Shown here piece after piece: positions 39,701 to 50,864 of a DNA stretch of 64,000 bases (within the stretch, counting starts at the first letter, position 1; every line of letters starts with the position of its first letter). Under the pieces are notes generated by a model that worked only from the letters and a program-made list of their open reading frames with translations, was not told where the DNA came from and did not search any database. This stretch comes from Octopus sinensis. Lineage: Eukaryota. The translations under genes were made by a program, and so were the position numbers. The stretch is from contig NC_043001.1 in the NCBI RefSeq assembly GCF_006345805.1, positions 47,616,001 to 47,680,000 of the forward strand, written 5' to 3'.

Positions 39701-42700
39701 GTCCCAGGTAGGGGCCACAGGTTATGGCCTGACTAGTCTTGCCGGGTCTTCGGATGGTGTTTTTATGTGCCACCGACACAGGTGCTAGATGAGGCTGGCG
39801 AACGGCCACGATCGGATGGTGTTTGTTATGTGCCCACAGCACGATGGCCAGTCGATGCTGTACTGACTACGGCCACGTTCGGATGGATTTCTTGTGTGCC
39901 ACAGGCACTGGTACCACAAAGATACAAATTCCATTGATGTTCATCTATTTTGATTTGATTTTGATTTTCACTTGCCTCAACAGGTCTTCACAAGTGTCAC
40001 AAGAAGGAAGGTATGCACAGGTGGACTGACTAGTCTTGCCGGGTCTTCGGAAGGTGTTTTTATGTGCCACCGACACAGGTGCCAGATGAGGCTGGCGAAC
40101 GGCCATGATCGGATGGTGTTTGTTACGTGCCCACAGCACGGAGGCCGGTCGATGCGGAACTGGCTACGGCCACGTTCGGATGGTTTTCTTGTGTGCCACC
40201 GGCACTGGTACGACAAAGTGTGTGCCACCGGCACTGGTACCACAAAGATACAGATTCCATTGATGTTCATCTATTTTGATTTGTTTTGATTTTCACTTGC
40301 CTCAACAGGTCTTCACAAGTGTCACAAGAAGGAAGGTATGCACAGGTGGACTGACTACGTCCCAGGTAGGGGCCATGGGTTATGGCCTGACTAGTCTTGC
40401 CGGGTCTTCGGATGGTGTTTTTTATGTGCCACCGACACAGGTGCTAGATGAGGCTGGCGAACGGCCATGATCGGATGGTGTTTGTCATGTGCCCACAGCA
40501 CGGAGGCCAGTCGATGCGGTACTGGCTACGGCCACTTTCGGATGGTTTTCTCTTGTGTGCCACCGGCACTGGTACCACAAAGATACAAATTCCATTGATG
40601 TTCATCTATTTTGATTTGTTTTGATTTGATTTTGATTTTCACTTGCCTCAACAGGCCTTCACAAGTATCACAAGGAGGAAGGTATGCACAGGTGGACTGA
40701 CTACGTCCCAGGTAGGGGCCATGGGTTATGGCCTGACTAGTCTTGCCGGGTCTTCGGATGGTGTTTTTATGTGCCACCGACACAGGTGCTAGATGAGGCT
40801 GGCGAACGGCCACGATCGGATGGTGTTTGTTATGTGCCCACAGCACGATGGCCAGTGCTGCGGTACTGACTACGGCCACGTTTGGATGGATTCTTGTGTG
40901 CCACCGGCACTGGTACCACAAAGATACAAATTCCATTAACTTCCAAAAATCCCTTACCTGGCAGTGCTACCAAGGGGTGCTGCCTGTTTGAGATAAACTT
41001 TACAGGCACGGAAGTGCCATCAGCTGAGTCTGCCTGAGGTGCGCCCAGAACGATGAAACCATTCTGCATGCCTTAGTCAAGTGCCTGAGTATTGCTGACT
41101 TGTGGGTTTATGTCAAACACTTGCTGTTGCGTGTAGGACGGATCCGGCTATCAGCTGAATCCATTAAGAAGATTGCTTTGCTGCCCTCTTTTGGTCAGGA
41201 GGGGCAGGTAACTTTTATTTGTCTAGTGGCTGTAGCGAAAGAGGTAGTATGGTGGACCTATTTGAAAAGGTTAAAGACAGACACTTTCCTCTTTGTCCAA
41301 TCCCTCATCAACTTTTTCAAGTTTCACTTGCAAAGGAAGTTGAGAGTGGAGAGGGAAGAGTTGCCTTGTAGCAAGTCTGTTGAAAGGTGGGTGAATGTTG
41401 GAAGAATGGCAAGTGTGAAAGGACCAATTCTGAGCATACACCTGTGAGAAATAAAAGAAGGGCTCTTGCCATGTTGATCAGGCACCCATGGCTTTTCTGG
41501 GTTTTTCCACAAGGACCTTAAAGCACCTCCTGTACTGGGAGTTTTAATTTGTATAATTTTAATTGCTATTTATATCATTTACACACTGTAAAACCCATTG
41601 TATCGTCCCATTTTTGATTTTATGTTGTTGCATGTCATTTAAAGTTATTTTATTTGAGCCCTTGTGGCTAATAAAAGAATTATTATTATTATTTCACTTA
41701 AAACTAGAAGAACTCAAAGACACAAACCAGTCTGGAAAAGGGAAAATTGGAAGTTTAAGGCTTCAGACAACACTTAGAAATTTAGAAATGTTCTGCTTGA
41801 AGCATTTGATGAAAAGAAAGAGGAGTTAAGGCAGTAATGAATAAACAATTGGAAGTTCCTAGAGGGCAACCTATTGAGAGCCACAGACCAAATCTTTGGC
41901 TGGCACAAAGTCTTCACCAGACCAAGGGTGATGTAGTGGTGGGACAGTGAGGCTGACAGTGCTATAAAAGTGATTTGACAAGCTTAGGAAGACTGGAAAA
42001 ATGAGAGCAACAGAGAATTATACCAAGTAACTAGAAGTGAAGCTAGGCATTATGTTTACATAACAAAGGGAGAAGCTGAAAGCTAAGAGGATCAGAGGTG
42101 TGAGGTGTTCCAAAAAGCAAGGCAGTGTATCAGAGAGAACTGAGACGTTGTAAGTGAGGAATGTGAGAAGACAGTACACTTGCATCTAGTGATTCTGAAA
42201 AGAAGAAAGCATGAAAGTGCTACAGTGAATGGTTACTAAATTTGCAAAATGCATAGAAGAATTTACGATTAAGAAACAGCATGAGTTGTATGATGTAATA
42301 CTGATACGATGGGTAGCAAAAAAAGATGACCAATGGCAAGTGACAGCAGCAGATGTCAATGGCAAGTTACATGTATCTTTTATCTTTTACTTGTCTCAGT
42401 CATTAGACTGTGGTCATGCTGGGACACTGCCTTGAAGAAGTTTTAGTTGAATGAATTGAGCCCAGAACCTTTTTTTAAGCTTGGTACTTATTCTATTGGT
42501 CTCTTTTGCGATAACCTGTAAGTTACGGGGATGTAAAAGCACCAACATCAGTCAAGTGGTGGTGGGGGACAAAATCAAACACAAAGACACACACACATAC
42601 ATTTATACATGTTACCATCATTTAACGTCCATTTTCCATGCTGTCATAGGTTGGACGGTTTGACTGAGGTCTGGAGAGCCAGCAGCTGCATGAGGCTCCA

Positions 42701-45700
42701 ATCTGATCTGGCAATGTTTCTATAGCTGGATGCCCTTTGTAACGCCAACCACTCTGAAAGTGTAGTGGGTGCTTTTTACGTGCCACCAGCACAGGAGCTA
42801 GTCAGGCGGGCCTGGTATTGATCACATTTGGATAGAGCCAGTCAGTGGGTACTGACATTGGCTGTGTTTGGATGGTGCTTTTTACATGCTACCAGCATGG
42901 GAGCTAGTCAGGCAGTCCTGGTGTCGATCATGTTCGGATAGTGCTTTTTACATTCCACCGATACGGGAGTCAATCAGGGGGTACTAGCATCAGTCACTCA
43001 TGTTTGGATGGTGCTTTTCACGTGCCACCGGCATGGGAGCCAGTCAGGAGGCACTAGTCACAGCTACAATATTGGTTTTACTTGACTCAACAGGTCTTCT
43101 TAAGCATATCATATCACCCAATGCATCAGGGGTACTCTTAAGTGGGCTGGGCATGCATGGCTGCAATCTCACTTTAGTTGCTGGGTCTTCTCAATCACAG
43201 CATATTGCCAATGGTCTCAGTCTCCTGTCATTGCCTCTGTGAGACCCAATGTTCAAAGGTTATGCTTCACCTCATCCCATGTCTTCCTGGGTCTACCTCT
43301 TCCGCAGGTTTTTTCCACAGTTAGGGAGTGGCATTTCCTCACACAACTGTCCTCATCCATACGTAACACATGATCATACCAGCGCAGTCATCTCTCTTGC
43401 ACACCACATATACTCAACTTTTCTCTCAGGGCGTTTATACTCTGTCATGTATGCACACTGACATTACACATCCAGCAGATCATACTAGCTTCATTTCTTT
43501 CAAGCCTATGCATGTCCTCAGCAGTCATGGTCCATGTTTCATTGCTGTGTAGCATGGCAGTTCATGCACATGCATCAGACAGTCTACCTTTCATCCTGAG
43601 CGAGAGGTCGTTAGTTGCCAGCAGAGGTAGGAGCTCCCTGAACTTTGCCCGGGCTATTCTTATTCTAGCTGCTACACTCTCAGAGCAACCATCCCCACTA
43701 CAAACTTGGTTGTCTAGGTAGAGGAAGCTATTAACTACTTCTAGTTTCATCCTCTGGCATATGATGGAATCTGTTTTCTGTATATCTTCAGTGTTTACTG
43801 CCCCTGTGCATCTGCCACACACAAAAACTATTTTCCGGGTTATCCTTTGATATTGCCGCACCTTTTATTTGTCCATTTATCCTTCCTTTGATATTGCTGC
43901 ACCTTTTATATATATATATATCTCATGATCATCCTTTAATGTCTGCTCTCCATTCTGGCATGGGCTGGACGGTTTAACATGGAGCTGTTCAGACTCCACT
44001 GTCTGTTGTAGCATGGTTTTTACAGATGGATGCCCTTCCTAATGCTAACCACTTAGCAGAGTGTGCTGGGTACTTTTTACATGCCATCGACACACACACA
44101 CACAATGGGCTTCTTTCAGTTTCTGTCTAACAAATCAACTCATGAGGTTTTGGTCAGCCTGAGAATACAGTAGAAGACATTTACTCAAAGTGCCATGCAG
44201 TGGGACTGAACCTGAAACCATGTGGAAGCAAACTTCTTACCACACAGCCACAAAACAAAATAGACTTCTATCAATATCCCCACCATGCTTCAGCACCAGG
44301 TCAGCAGCTGCTACTCTTAAACAGATTTTAAACACTATTGATACATTAGACATGTAAAGCATATAACAGTGGTATTTATTTCCTTACATCTTTTGGTTGA
44401 GGCAACACAGCAACTGTCACTGTGCTTGTATGCACACGTCCTCCTTTCTCTGTTTTAGGAATTCGTTGGACCCGATGGACACCTCCTTCAAACTTCATGT
44501 AATTGTAAGCATCATCTCCTGATATCATTGCAGTACCTTTACGTATACCACCTGTAGTGAAATAAATATATTAATTAGGCATGAATAAAAAGTGGAGATT
44601 TTAATGTGCGACCACTTTCAAACCTCTCCCAAGAAGTTTGAAAGATCAGCAGTATAATGAATGCAAATATCCTCAGAAAGCTCCAAACATTCATAAATAA
44701 ATGCCCCAGACACATTCCAAACATTAGATATCCAGAAACTGTGAGCAGAAAGACCTCTGGATTAAAGCCAAGTAGGAACTCATTGGTCAACAGATAACAA
44801 AATATTAGTGAAGGTGGACAGGCCATACATTAAGGACACTATGGGGATATTTGGCAAAGCAAGGATTGAAGAAAAAGCTGCAGTCCTCTGTTGCTAGCTC
44901 CTGCCAAACCATTTAACCCATACCAGTATGGAAAATGGCTGGTAAAGGGTGATTTTTCCATACATGTTTGACAGTGTGCGGAAGATGCACAGGGGCAATA
45001 GACACCACAGATGCTCAGGAAACAGATTCCATCACACTCCAAGGAGAGAAACTAGAAGTAGGTGATAGCTTCCGCTACCTAGGTGACCAAGTTAGTGGTG
45101 GAGGTGGATGCTAAGAGAGTGTAATCACTAGAGTAAGAATAGACTGGGCAAAGTTTAGAAAGCTTCTACACCTACTGGTAACAAAGGGTCTCTCGCTCAG
45201 ATTGAAAGGTAGATTGTACGATGCATGTGTGCGAACTGCCATGCATCACAGCAGTGAAACATGGGCTGTGATTCCTGAGGACATGCATAGGCTTGAAAGA
45301 AATGAAGCTAGCATGATCCGCTGGATGTGTAATGTCAGTGTGCACACATGACAGAGTGTAAGCGCCCTGAGAGAAATGTTGGACATAAGAAGCATCAGAT
45401 GTGGCGTGCATGCCACTCCCAAACAGTTGAAGGAATCTGGGGTAAAGGTAAACCCAAGAAGACATGGGATGAAGTGGTCAAGCATGACTGTCAAACATTG
45501 CGCCTCACAGAGGCAATGAGGAAAGACCAAGACCTCTGGAGATATGCTGTGACTGCGAAGACCCAACAAATAAAATGAGTCCACGGCATATCCTACACCA
45601 GCTTCACATAACCAGCTCCAGCCCATACAAAATACCTTGGATCGTAGAACGACCTGCTGTGCTTACCTTGGATCGTAGGGTAACCTGCTGTGCTTGAGGA

Positions 45701-46957
45701 GACCTATTGTGTCAAGTAAATCAACATCAAAATAAAAATCAAATGGAAATTGTAGTTGTGATACCCGTACTGGTGGCACGTAAAAAGCACAGTCCAAATG
45801 TTGCCGATACCAGCGCCGCCTTGACTAGCTTCCGTGCCGGTGACACGTGAAAAGCACCAACTGATCATGGCCATTGCCAGCCTCCTCTGGCCCCTGTGCC
45901 AGTGGAAAGTAAAAAGCATCCACTACACTCAGAGTGGTTGGCATTAGGAAGGGCATCTCACTGTAGAAACACTGCCAGATCAAACTGGAGCCTGGTGCAG
46001 CCTCCTGACTTCCCAGACCCCAGTCGAACCGTCCAATGGAAAACGGACATTAAACGATGATAATGATGATTTTCTCTGGAAGGATGCCATTCCTGTTGCC
46101 AACTAAGGTATTTTTATTCCTCTGCGCATCACATGTTGAAGTCAATGAAACTGCTGAGCTACACAACATATTGTTTATGGAAGATATAAATATAACATTG
46201 CTACTACCTAAATGTTGTCAATGTGTGGACATGAAAATAAACACACACACACACACACATACATACATACATACATATATATATATATAGTTAATCCAAA
46301 CAAGAAAGCACAAAAAAACACAACAACGCGAGGACGTGGAACAAATATAGTATTATTGGATGCTCAGGAAAGAAGGAGGGTTTAACGTTTCGAGCGGAGC
46401 TCTTCGTCAGAAACATAGGAGAAGGAAAGATCCAGAAAAGGGAAGACAGAGGAAATATATATATCTATATATATAAAACTGTAGTTGTGTGAGTGTCTGT
46501 CCCCTTCGATTTAGATTCCTAACTACTCCCACATTTTGCGGTGCAGTTTAACCAAATTCGGGTATCTTATAGTCGTGATTCATATCGAGCCCGTCTACGA
46601 TGAGTCTACGATTTTAAAAATAACTTAACATCATTTTTTATTCCATTTTAATGCATAATTTTTCGTGTGTCGATGGCGGCGGAGTTGGCATCCATGGTCA
46701 CACCTGCACCTGTTTGCTTCTCCCCCTTCTTCCCTCCCTCGTGAAGCTGTGGGGAAGGGAGTGTAAGGAAATCAACGTCGTAAAGCGTTGTCAAGGAGAC
46801 CAGCGTTCTTTTAGAACAACGACTTCATGGCTTGAAGACACCAAAACAGAAATGGCTAAGAAGGCCCGAATTGGCATCTATAAGGGAAGTAACTCTCTAA
46901 AAATGCTTATATAGTTATTTCCCTTACAAACCCGAGCAACGCCGGGCGATACTGCTA

Positions 46958-47011
<54 letters not shown>

Positions 47012-47018
47012 CATATTA

Positions 47019-47060
<42 letters not shown>

Positions 47061-47412
47061 TTATATATACGTTCAGTCATTCATTTGCATTATGAATGTC
47101 TTTCTATGGATGAGATGAGTTATATACAACATTGATCTGTTGTTTTATAGCCAGATTTCCTTCTTGTTAGCATTTACATTTTTCTCAAACCTTTTTCTTT
47201 TATCTATTAAAGTCATTTGACTGGCCATTCTGGAGCACCATCTCGAAGGGTTTTAGTTGAAAAAATTGACCCCAGGATGTTTTTTTTCTTATTTTATCAG
47301 TCTATTTGTGCTGAACTGCTAAGTTACAAGGATGTAAACACACCAACACCAGTTGTCAAGCAAGGGAGGGGACAAACATAGATATAAAGTGACACACACA
47401 CATAAATATATG

Positions 47413-47454
<42 letters not shown>

Positions 47455-50400
47455 GACAGATAGATACATACAGAGAGACACACACATACAACAGGCTCCC
47501 CCACATAGTTTCTGCTTAGCATTGGTCAGCCTGAGGCTATAGCAGAAGATACATACTGAAGGTGCCATACACTGGGATGGAACCCGTGACCATGTAGTTT
47601 TGAATTAAATTTCAAACATTACAGCTATGCCTGCATGTATACACTGCTACAATAATTCACCTGAGAAAGTTAGATATTACATAAAAACAGTAGTATGGAA
47701 TTTGTTGAATGAAGGTAATCAACCTACCAATATCACTCCGATCTTCATTAACCAATGAGAAGGCCCATCCTTTATAATGTGCATAGTTGAAGTACAGCTC
47801 GATTATCTCTTTGGCAAATAGCTGTGATTCCTGGCCACCGACTCCAGGGTAGACTTCCACAACTACATCAGAAGCTGACCTGCCTGAACTGACGCTTAAC
47901 AAGCTTTTTATCTGTAAGAAAACAGAGAGTCACATAATAACTTGTAGACAACAACAGCTATAACAACTTTCAATAACTTTCTAATTTTATTGTTACAATA
48001 ATCCTTTACTTGGTGGTGGTGGTGGGGGATATGTGTGTTAGGATGGAGATCTTGTTTCAACCATTGGATTGCAGCCATGCTGGAGCACTGCCTTAAAGAG
48101 TTTTGTAAAGCAAAAGGTCTCCAGTACTTATTTCTGTCTAAACCTAGCACACTAAATTATGGGGATGTAAACAAACTAACACAGGTTGTCAAGCAGTGGT
48201 GGGGGACAAGCATAAACACACACACATGTATATATAAATACAGACACACACACACATATATTTGTATATATACATGTGTGTATATATATGTGCATGTGTA
48301 TATACATATATGTGTATGTATACGTGTATATGTGTGTGTATGTGTGTATGTGTGTGGAGGCGTAATGGCCCATTGGTTAGGGCAGCGGACTCGCATCGTA
48401 GGATCGCAGTTTCGATTCCCAGACCAGACTTTGCGAGTGTTGATTGAATGAAAACACCTCAAGGCTCTGGCAGAGGGTAGGGGGTGTAATGGCGATTCCT
48501 CTTTCGCCACAACTTTCTCTCACTATTTCTTCTGTTGGCCAGCTCGCTTAGCCAGTGGGGTGGTGTCACTTGAAGGCTAAAACAATGCAAAGTGCATTGT
48601 GACCAGCGATGTGTAGCAACATCTGATAGCATGGTTGGTCACGTGAGATATATTCTCTTTTACTTGTTTCAGTCATTTGACTGCGGCCATGCTGGAGCAC
48701 CGCCATTAGTCGAGCAAATCGACCCTAGGACTTATTCTTTGTAAGCCTAGCACTTATTCTATCGGTCTCTTTTGCCGAACTGCTAAGTTACGGGGACGTA
48801 AACACACCAGGATCGGTTGTCAAGCAATGTGGGGGGGGGGACAAACACAGACACACAAACATATACGCACACATACATATATATACATATATACGATGGG
48901 CTTCTTTCAGTTTCCGTCTACCAAATCCACTCACAAGGCTTTGGTCGGCCCGAGGCTATAGTAGAAGACACTTGCCCAATGTGCCACGCAGTGGGAATGA
49001 ACCCAGAACCATGTGGTTGGTAAGCAAGCTACTTACCACACAGCCACTCCTGTGCCATGTCATCATCATCATCATCATTTAACGTCCGCTTTCCATGCTA
49101 GCATGGGTTCAACGGTTCAACTGGGGTCTGTGAAGCCAGAAGGCTGCTTCAGGCCCAGTCTGATCTGGCAGTGTTTCTACGGCTGGATGCCCTTCCTAAT
49201 GCCAACCACTCCGTGAGTGTAATGTCAGGTTTCATTCAGTTGCTTTCTACTAAATCCACTCAGAAGGCTTTGGTCAGACTGGGTTGTCAGTAGAAGACAC
49301 TCGTCCAAGGTGCATGCAGTGGGACTGAATCCAATACCATGAGGTTGGGAAGCAAACATCTTACCACACAACCTCTGACAAAAATGTAAAAGCTTTAGAA
49401 CATTGATATATGCTTGAAAGTTACCTCATCATCAAGTTGCTGAATAGTTTCATTGTAATGAGCAGTCTCACTTTTGACTATTGTTTCAAGATCTTTGTCT
49501 TCTGCAGAAGGATCTAAGAGAAGAATATGACATCAGAAATTAGTGGACAAACTAAATCAACCTCATTGGCAGGGAGTCTCTTATAATTACATAATATATC
49601 AGCAGATATCAAAGAAAGAGAAGAAGGGAGAGAAGTAGGTTAACTAGTATAGGTAGTTGGATACCATACATTATATACAGCTTGTGATTACAACTAGGAT
49701 AATACTAGATCAAATTTCAGAGCTGACTTAATATATTGATGGAGTGTTACTTGTAACTGAATGCAGGAAAGCTTCCGGTAATTCTGGACATGTATGAACA
49801 TTTCAATTCAGATCTTGTTTCCATGTTGGTGGAAGAGTATTGTAGAAAGAGTCAAAAGTTAAGAGGCAAGGAAGATGGAGACCATAGATAACAAAACCAA
49901 ACAGCTAGAAAAAAGACCAGAAGTCAGGTGAACTTTGCAAAGTTGGAGACAGAAAGTAAGAGGTTTGCCAACATTCTGCAGAATGAAATGCTGTACATCA
50001 CATGACAATGTGTTGGAGATACTCTTCCTGCTACAATCCTTATCTGGTTTTGCAATTTCAAGTAAAGAGTCCATAACTTGGAGCAGCTAGTTGTGATGTC
50101 GATAAGGAATAAAAATATCATGTCATTGTTTAGCTCAGATGGTGACAAGTGATGCCATGGAATGCCAACTCTCATAAACACACACACACACACAAACAAT
50201 GGCTTCAGTACAGTTTCCATCTGCTAAATTCACTCATAAGGTATTGACCAGCCTAAAACTATAATAGAAGTGTTGTATAGTGAGATAGAACCTGAAACTA
50301 CATGGTTGCAAAGCAAATTTCTTAACTTCACAGTCATGAGACAGAGAGATGAATGAACAAATAATTAGAATTATACACAAAACTGGGAAATTCCTGCTTA

Positions 50401-50864
50401 CCAAGTAAAAGTTCGATGAGTTCTTCCCGTTCCTTCTCTTTTGTAAACATGTCCTGAATCTTCAATGCAACAGGCATTAGCTGCTTGTACCTCTCATTTT
50501 CATAATGTGAGAGGCCTGTCTCGTCCTTCGGTGTCAAATATTGCATCTGAAGATCATTGAATTCCTGCAACAAGCTTTTGATGTAAGCAATGTAAACTTT
50601 TCTATCGATTTTATTATTACCTTGTTGAAATGCCAAGTGGCGAACAAAAGTCCATGATGATAACAATGACAATGGTGATGAAGAGGAAGATGGTGATAGA
50701 GACGATGATAAGTATTTAAAATTAAACAGTGTTTGTTTTCGAGGATTTAGTTCAAGCCTGAAATAATGGTGCCAATATCTACCAAGAGTGTGAGTATTCA
50801 AACATCTGATATGATGCAATGTATAAATGGGTCTGCAAAGTTTCCATACATTTTGATGAATCAT
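33496..50864 (-). CDS. MTRF1L: Mitochondrial peptide chain release factor 1-like (mtRF1a), 7 coding exons, 457 aa
   Basis: Exons 50864-50402, 49513-49425, 47911-47728, 44551-44388, 35597-35480, 34068-33993 and 33775-33496 all have GT/AG boundaries and compatible phases (1374 nt, open to TGA). Motifs: [29 protein letters not shown] (PxT anticodon loop, PKT as in mtRF1a), [18 protein letters not shown] (GGQ), [19 protein letters not shown]. Confidence 0.95.
33993..34068 (-). CDS. MTRF1L: MTRF1L coding exon 6
   Basis: CTACAG acceptor, [28 protein letters not shown]|GTAGGT donor; 76 nt. Confidence 0.93.
34891..35135 (+). mobile_element. RTE-type LINE 3' fragment with (TGA)n tail
   Basis: RRVQFAGNC...LLLWKP...DTG...[12 protein letters not shown], ending ACAATGATGATGA. 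Confidence 0.7.
35480..35597 (-). CDS. MTRF1L: MTRF1L coding exon 5 (GGQ catalytic loop)
   Basis: TTTTCAG acceptor, [41 protein letters not shown]|GTAAAT donor; 118 nt. Confidence 0.95.
35640..35872 (+). mobile_element. tRNA-derived SINE, family 1 (other copies about 6868-7091 +, 14522-14965 +, 16175-16390 +, 18071-18303 -, 24150-24370 +, 30740-31160 +, 52445-52640 +, 58745-58925 +, 63625-63815 +)
   Basis: Pol III A-box TGGCAGAGACGTTAG and B-box GAGTTCAAATTCC; conserved core CTTTCATCCTTTCGGGGTTGATAAATTAAGTACC (Sauria/Meta-type domain by inference). Confidence 0.85.
36345..41690 (+). mobile_element. Degraded Tx1/L1-clade LINE (APE endonuclease plus RT), split by an insertion at 39192-40937
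   Basis: APE motifs INVRGL and [10 protein letters not shown]; RT motifs [38 protein letters not shown]. The frame resumes at 40938; 3' tail with AATAAA and (ATT)n at about 41690. Confidence 0.9.
39192..40937 (-). repeat. RTE-3'UTR-derived element with a higher-order tandem array (about five units of 300-360 bp, each with about 60-bp sub-repeats)
   Basis: The anchor ATGTGCCACCGAC recurs at 39364, 39426, 39765, 40062, 40424 and 40769; (CAT)n tail at 39192. Confidence 0.9.
42615..43860 (-). mobile_element. 5'-truncated RTE-type LINE (copy 1)
   Basis: CGRCTGA...[11 protein letters not shown]...[17 protein letters not shown]...KGRL; shares its (GAT)n-tailed 3' end with many short copies. Confidence 0.85.
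44388..44551 (-). CDS. MTRF1L: MTRF1L coding exon 4 (PKT codon-recognition loop)
   Basis: CTACAG acceptor, [57 protein letters not shown]|GTAAGG donor; 164 nt. Absent from the ORF track. Confidence 0.95.
44965..46070 (+). mobile_element. 5'-truncated RTE-type LINE (copy 2, inverted relative to copy 1)
   Basis: Same family as 42615-43860 (CGRCTGA...[15 protein letters not shown]...[10 protein letters not shown]); 3' GGACATTAAACGATGAT tail. Confidence 0.85.
46380..46414 (-). ncRNA. Minimal type-I hammerhead ribozyme motif (Penelope pLTR-type) within a short repeat at about 46290-46455
   Basis: Minus strand reads GTTT-CTGACGA-A-GAGC-TCC-GCTC-GAAA-C-GT-T-AAAC: stem I GTTT/AAAC, core CUGANGA, stem II GAGC/GCUC, GAAA, loop-less palindromic stem III ACGU. 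Confidence 0.7.
46464..46958 (+). mobile_element. Non-autonomous Helitron
   Basis: A|TC-(TA)n 5' end; 3' hairpin CCCGAGCAACGCCGGG followed by CTAG|T; no TSD. Confidence 0.85.
47728..47911 (-). CDS. MTRF1L: MTRF1L coding exon 3
   Basis: TTACAG acceptor, [35 protein letters not shown]...DRSDIG, G|GTAGGT donor; 184 nt. Confidence 0.93.
49425..49513 (-). CDS. MTRF1L: MTRF1L coding exon 2
   Basis: CTCTTAG acceptor, [33 protein letters not shown]|GTAACT donor; 89 nt, phase 1 to 0. Confidence 0.88.
50402..50864 (-). CDS. MTRF1L: MTRF1L coding exon 1 (mitochondrial presequence and N-terminal helices)
   Basis: ATG at 50864-50862; [13 protein letters not shown]...EELIELLL, donor G|GTAAGC (phase 1). 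Confidence 0.85.

Noticed and set aside
39210-40936. Overlapping 64-136-aa ORFs on both strands
   Set aside because: By-products of the GC-rich tandem array. Not CRISPR: there are no unique spacers and the DNA is eukaryotic.
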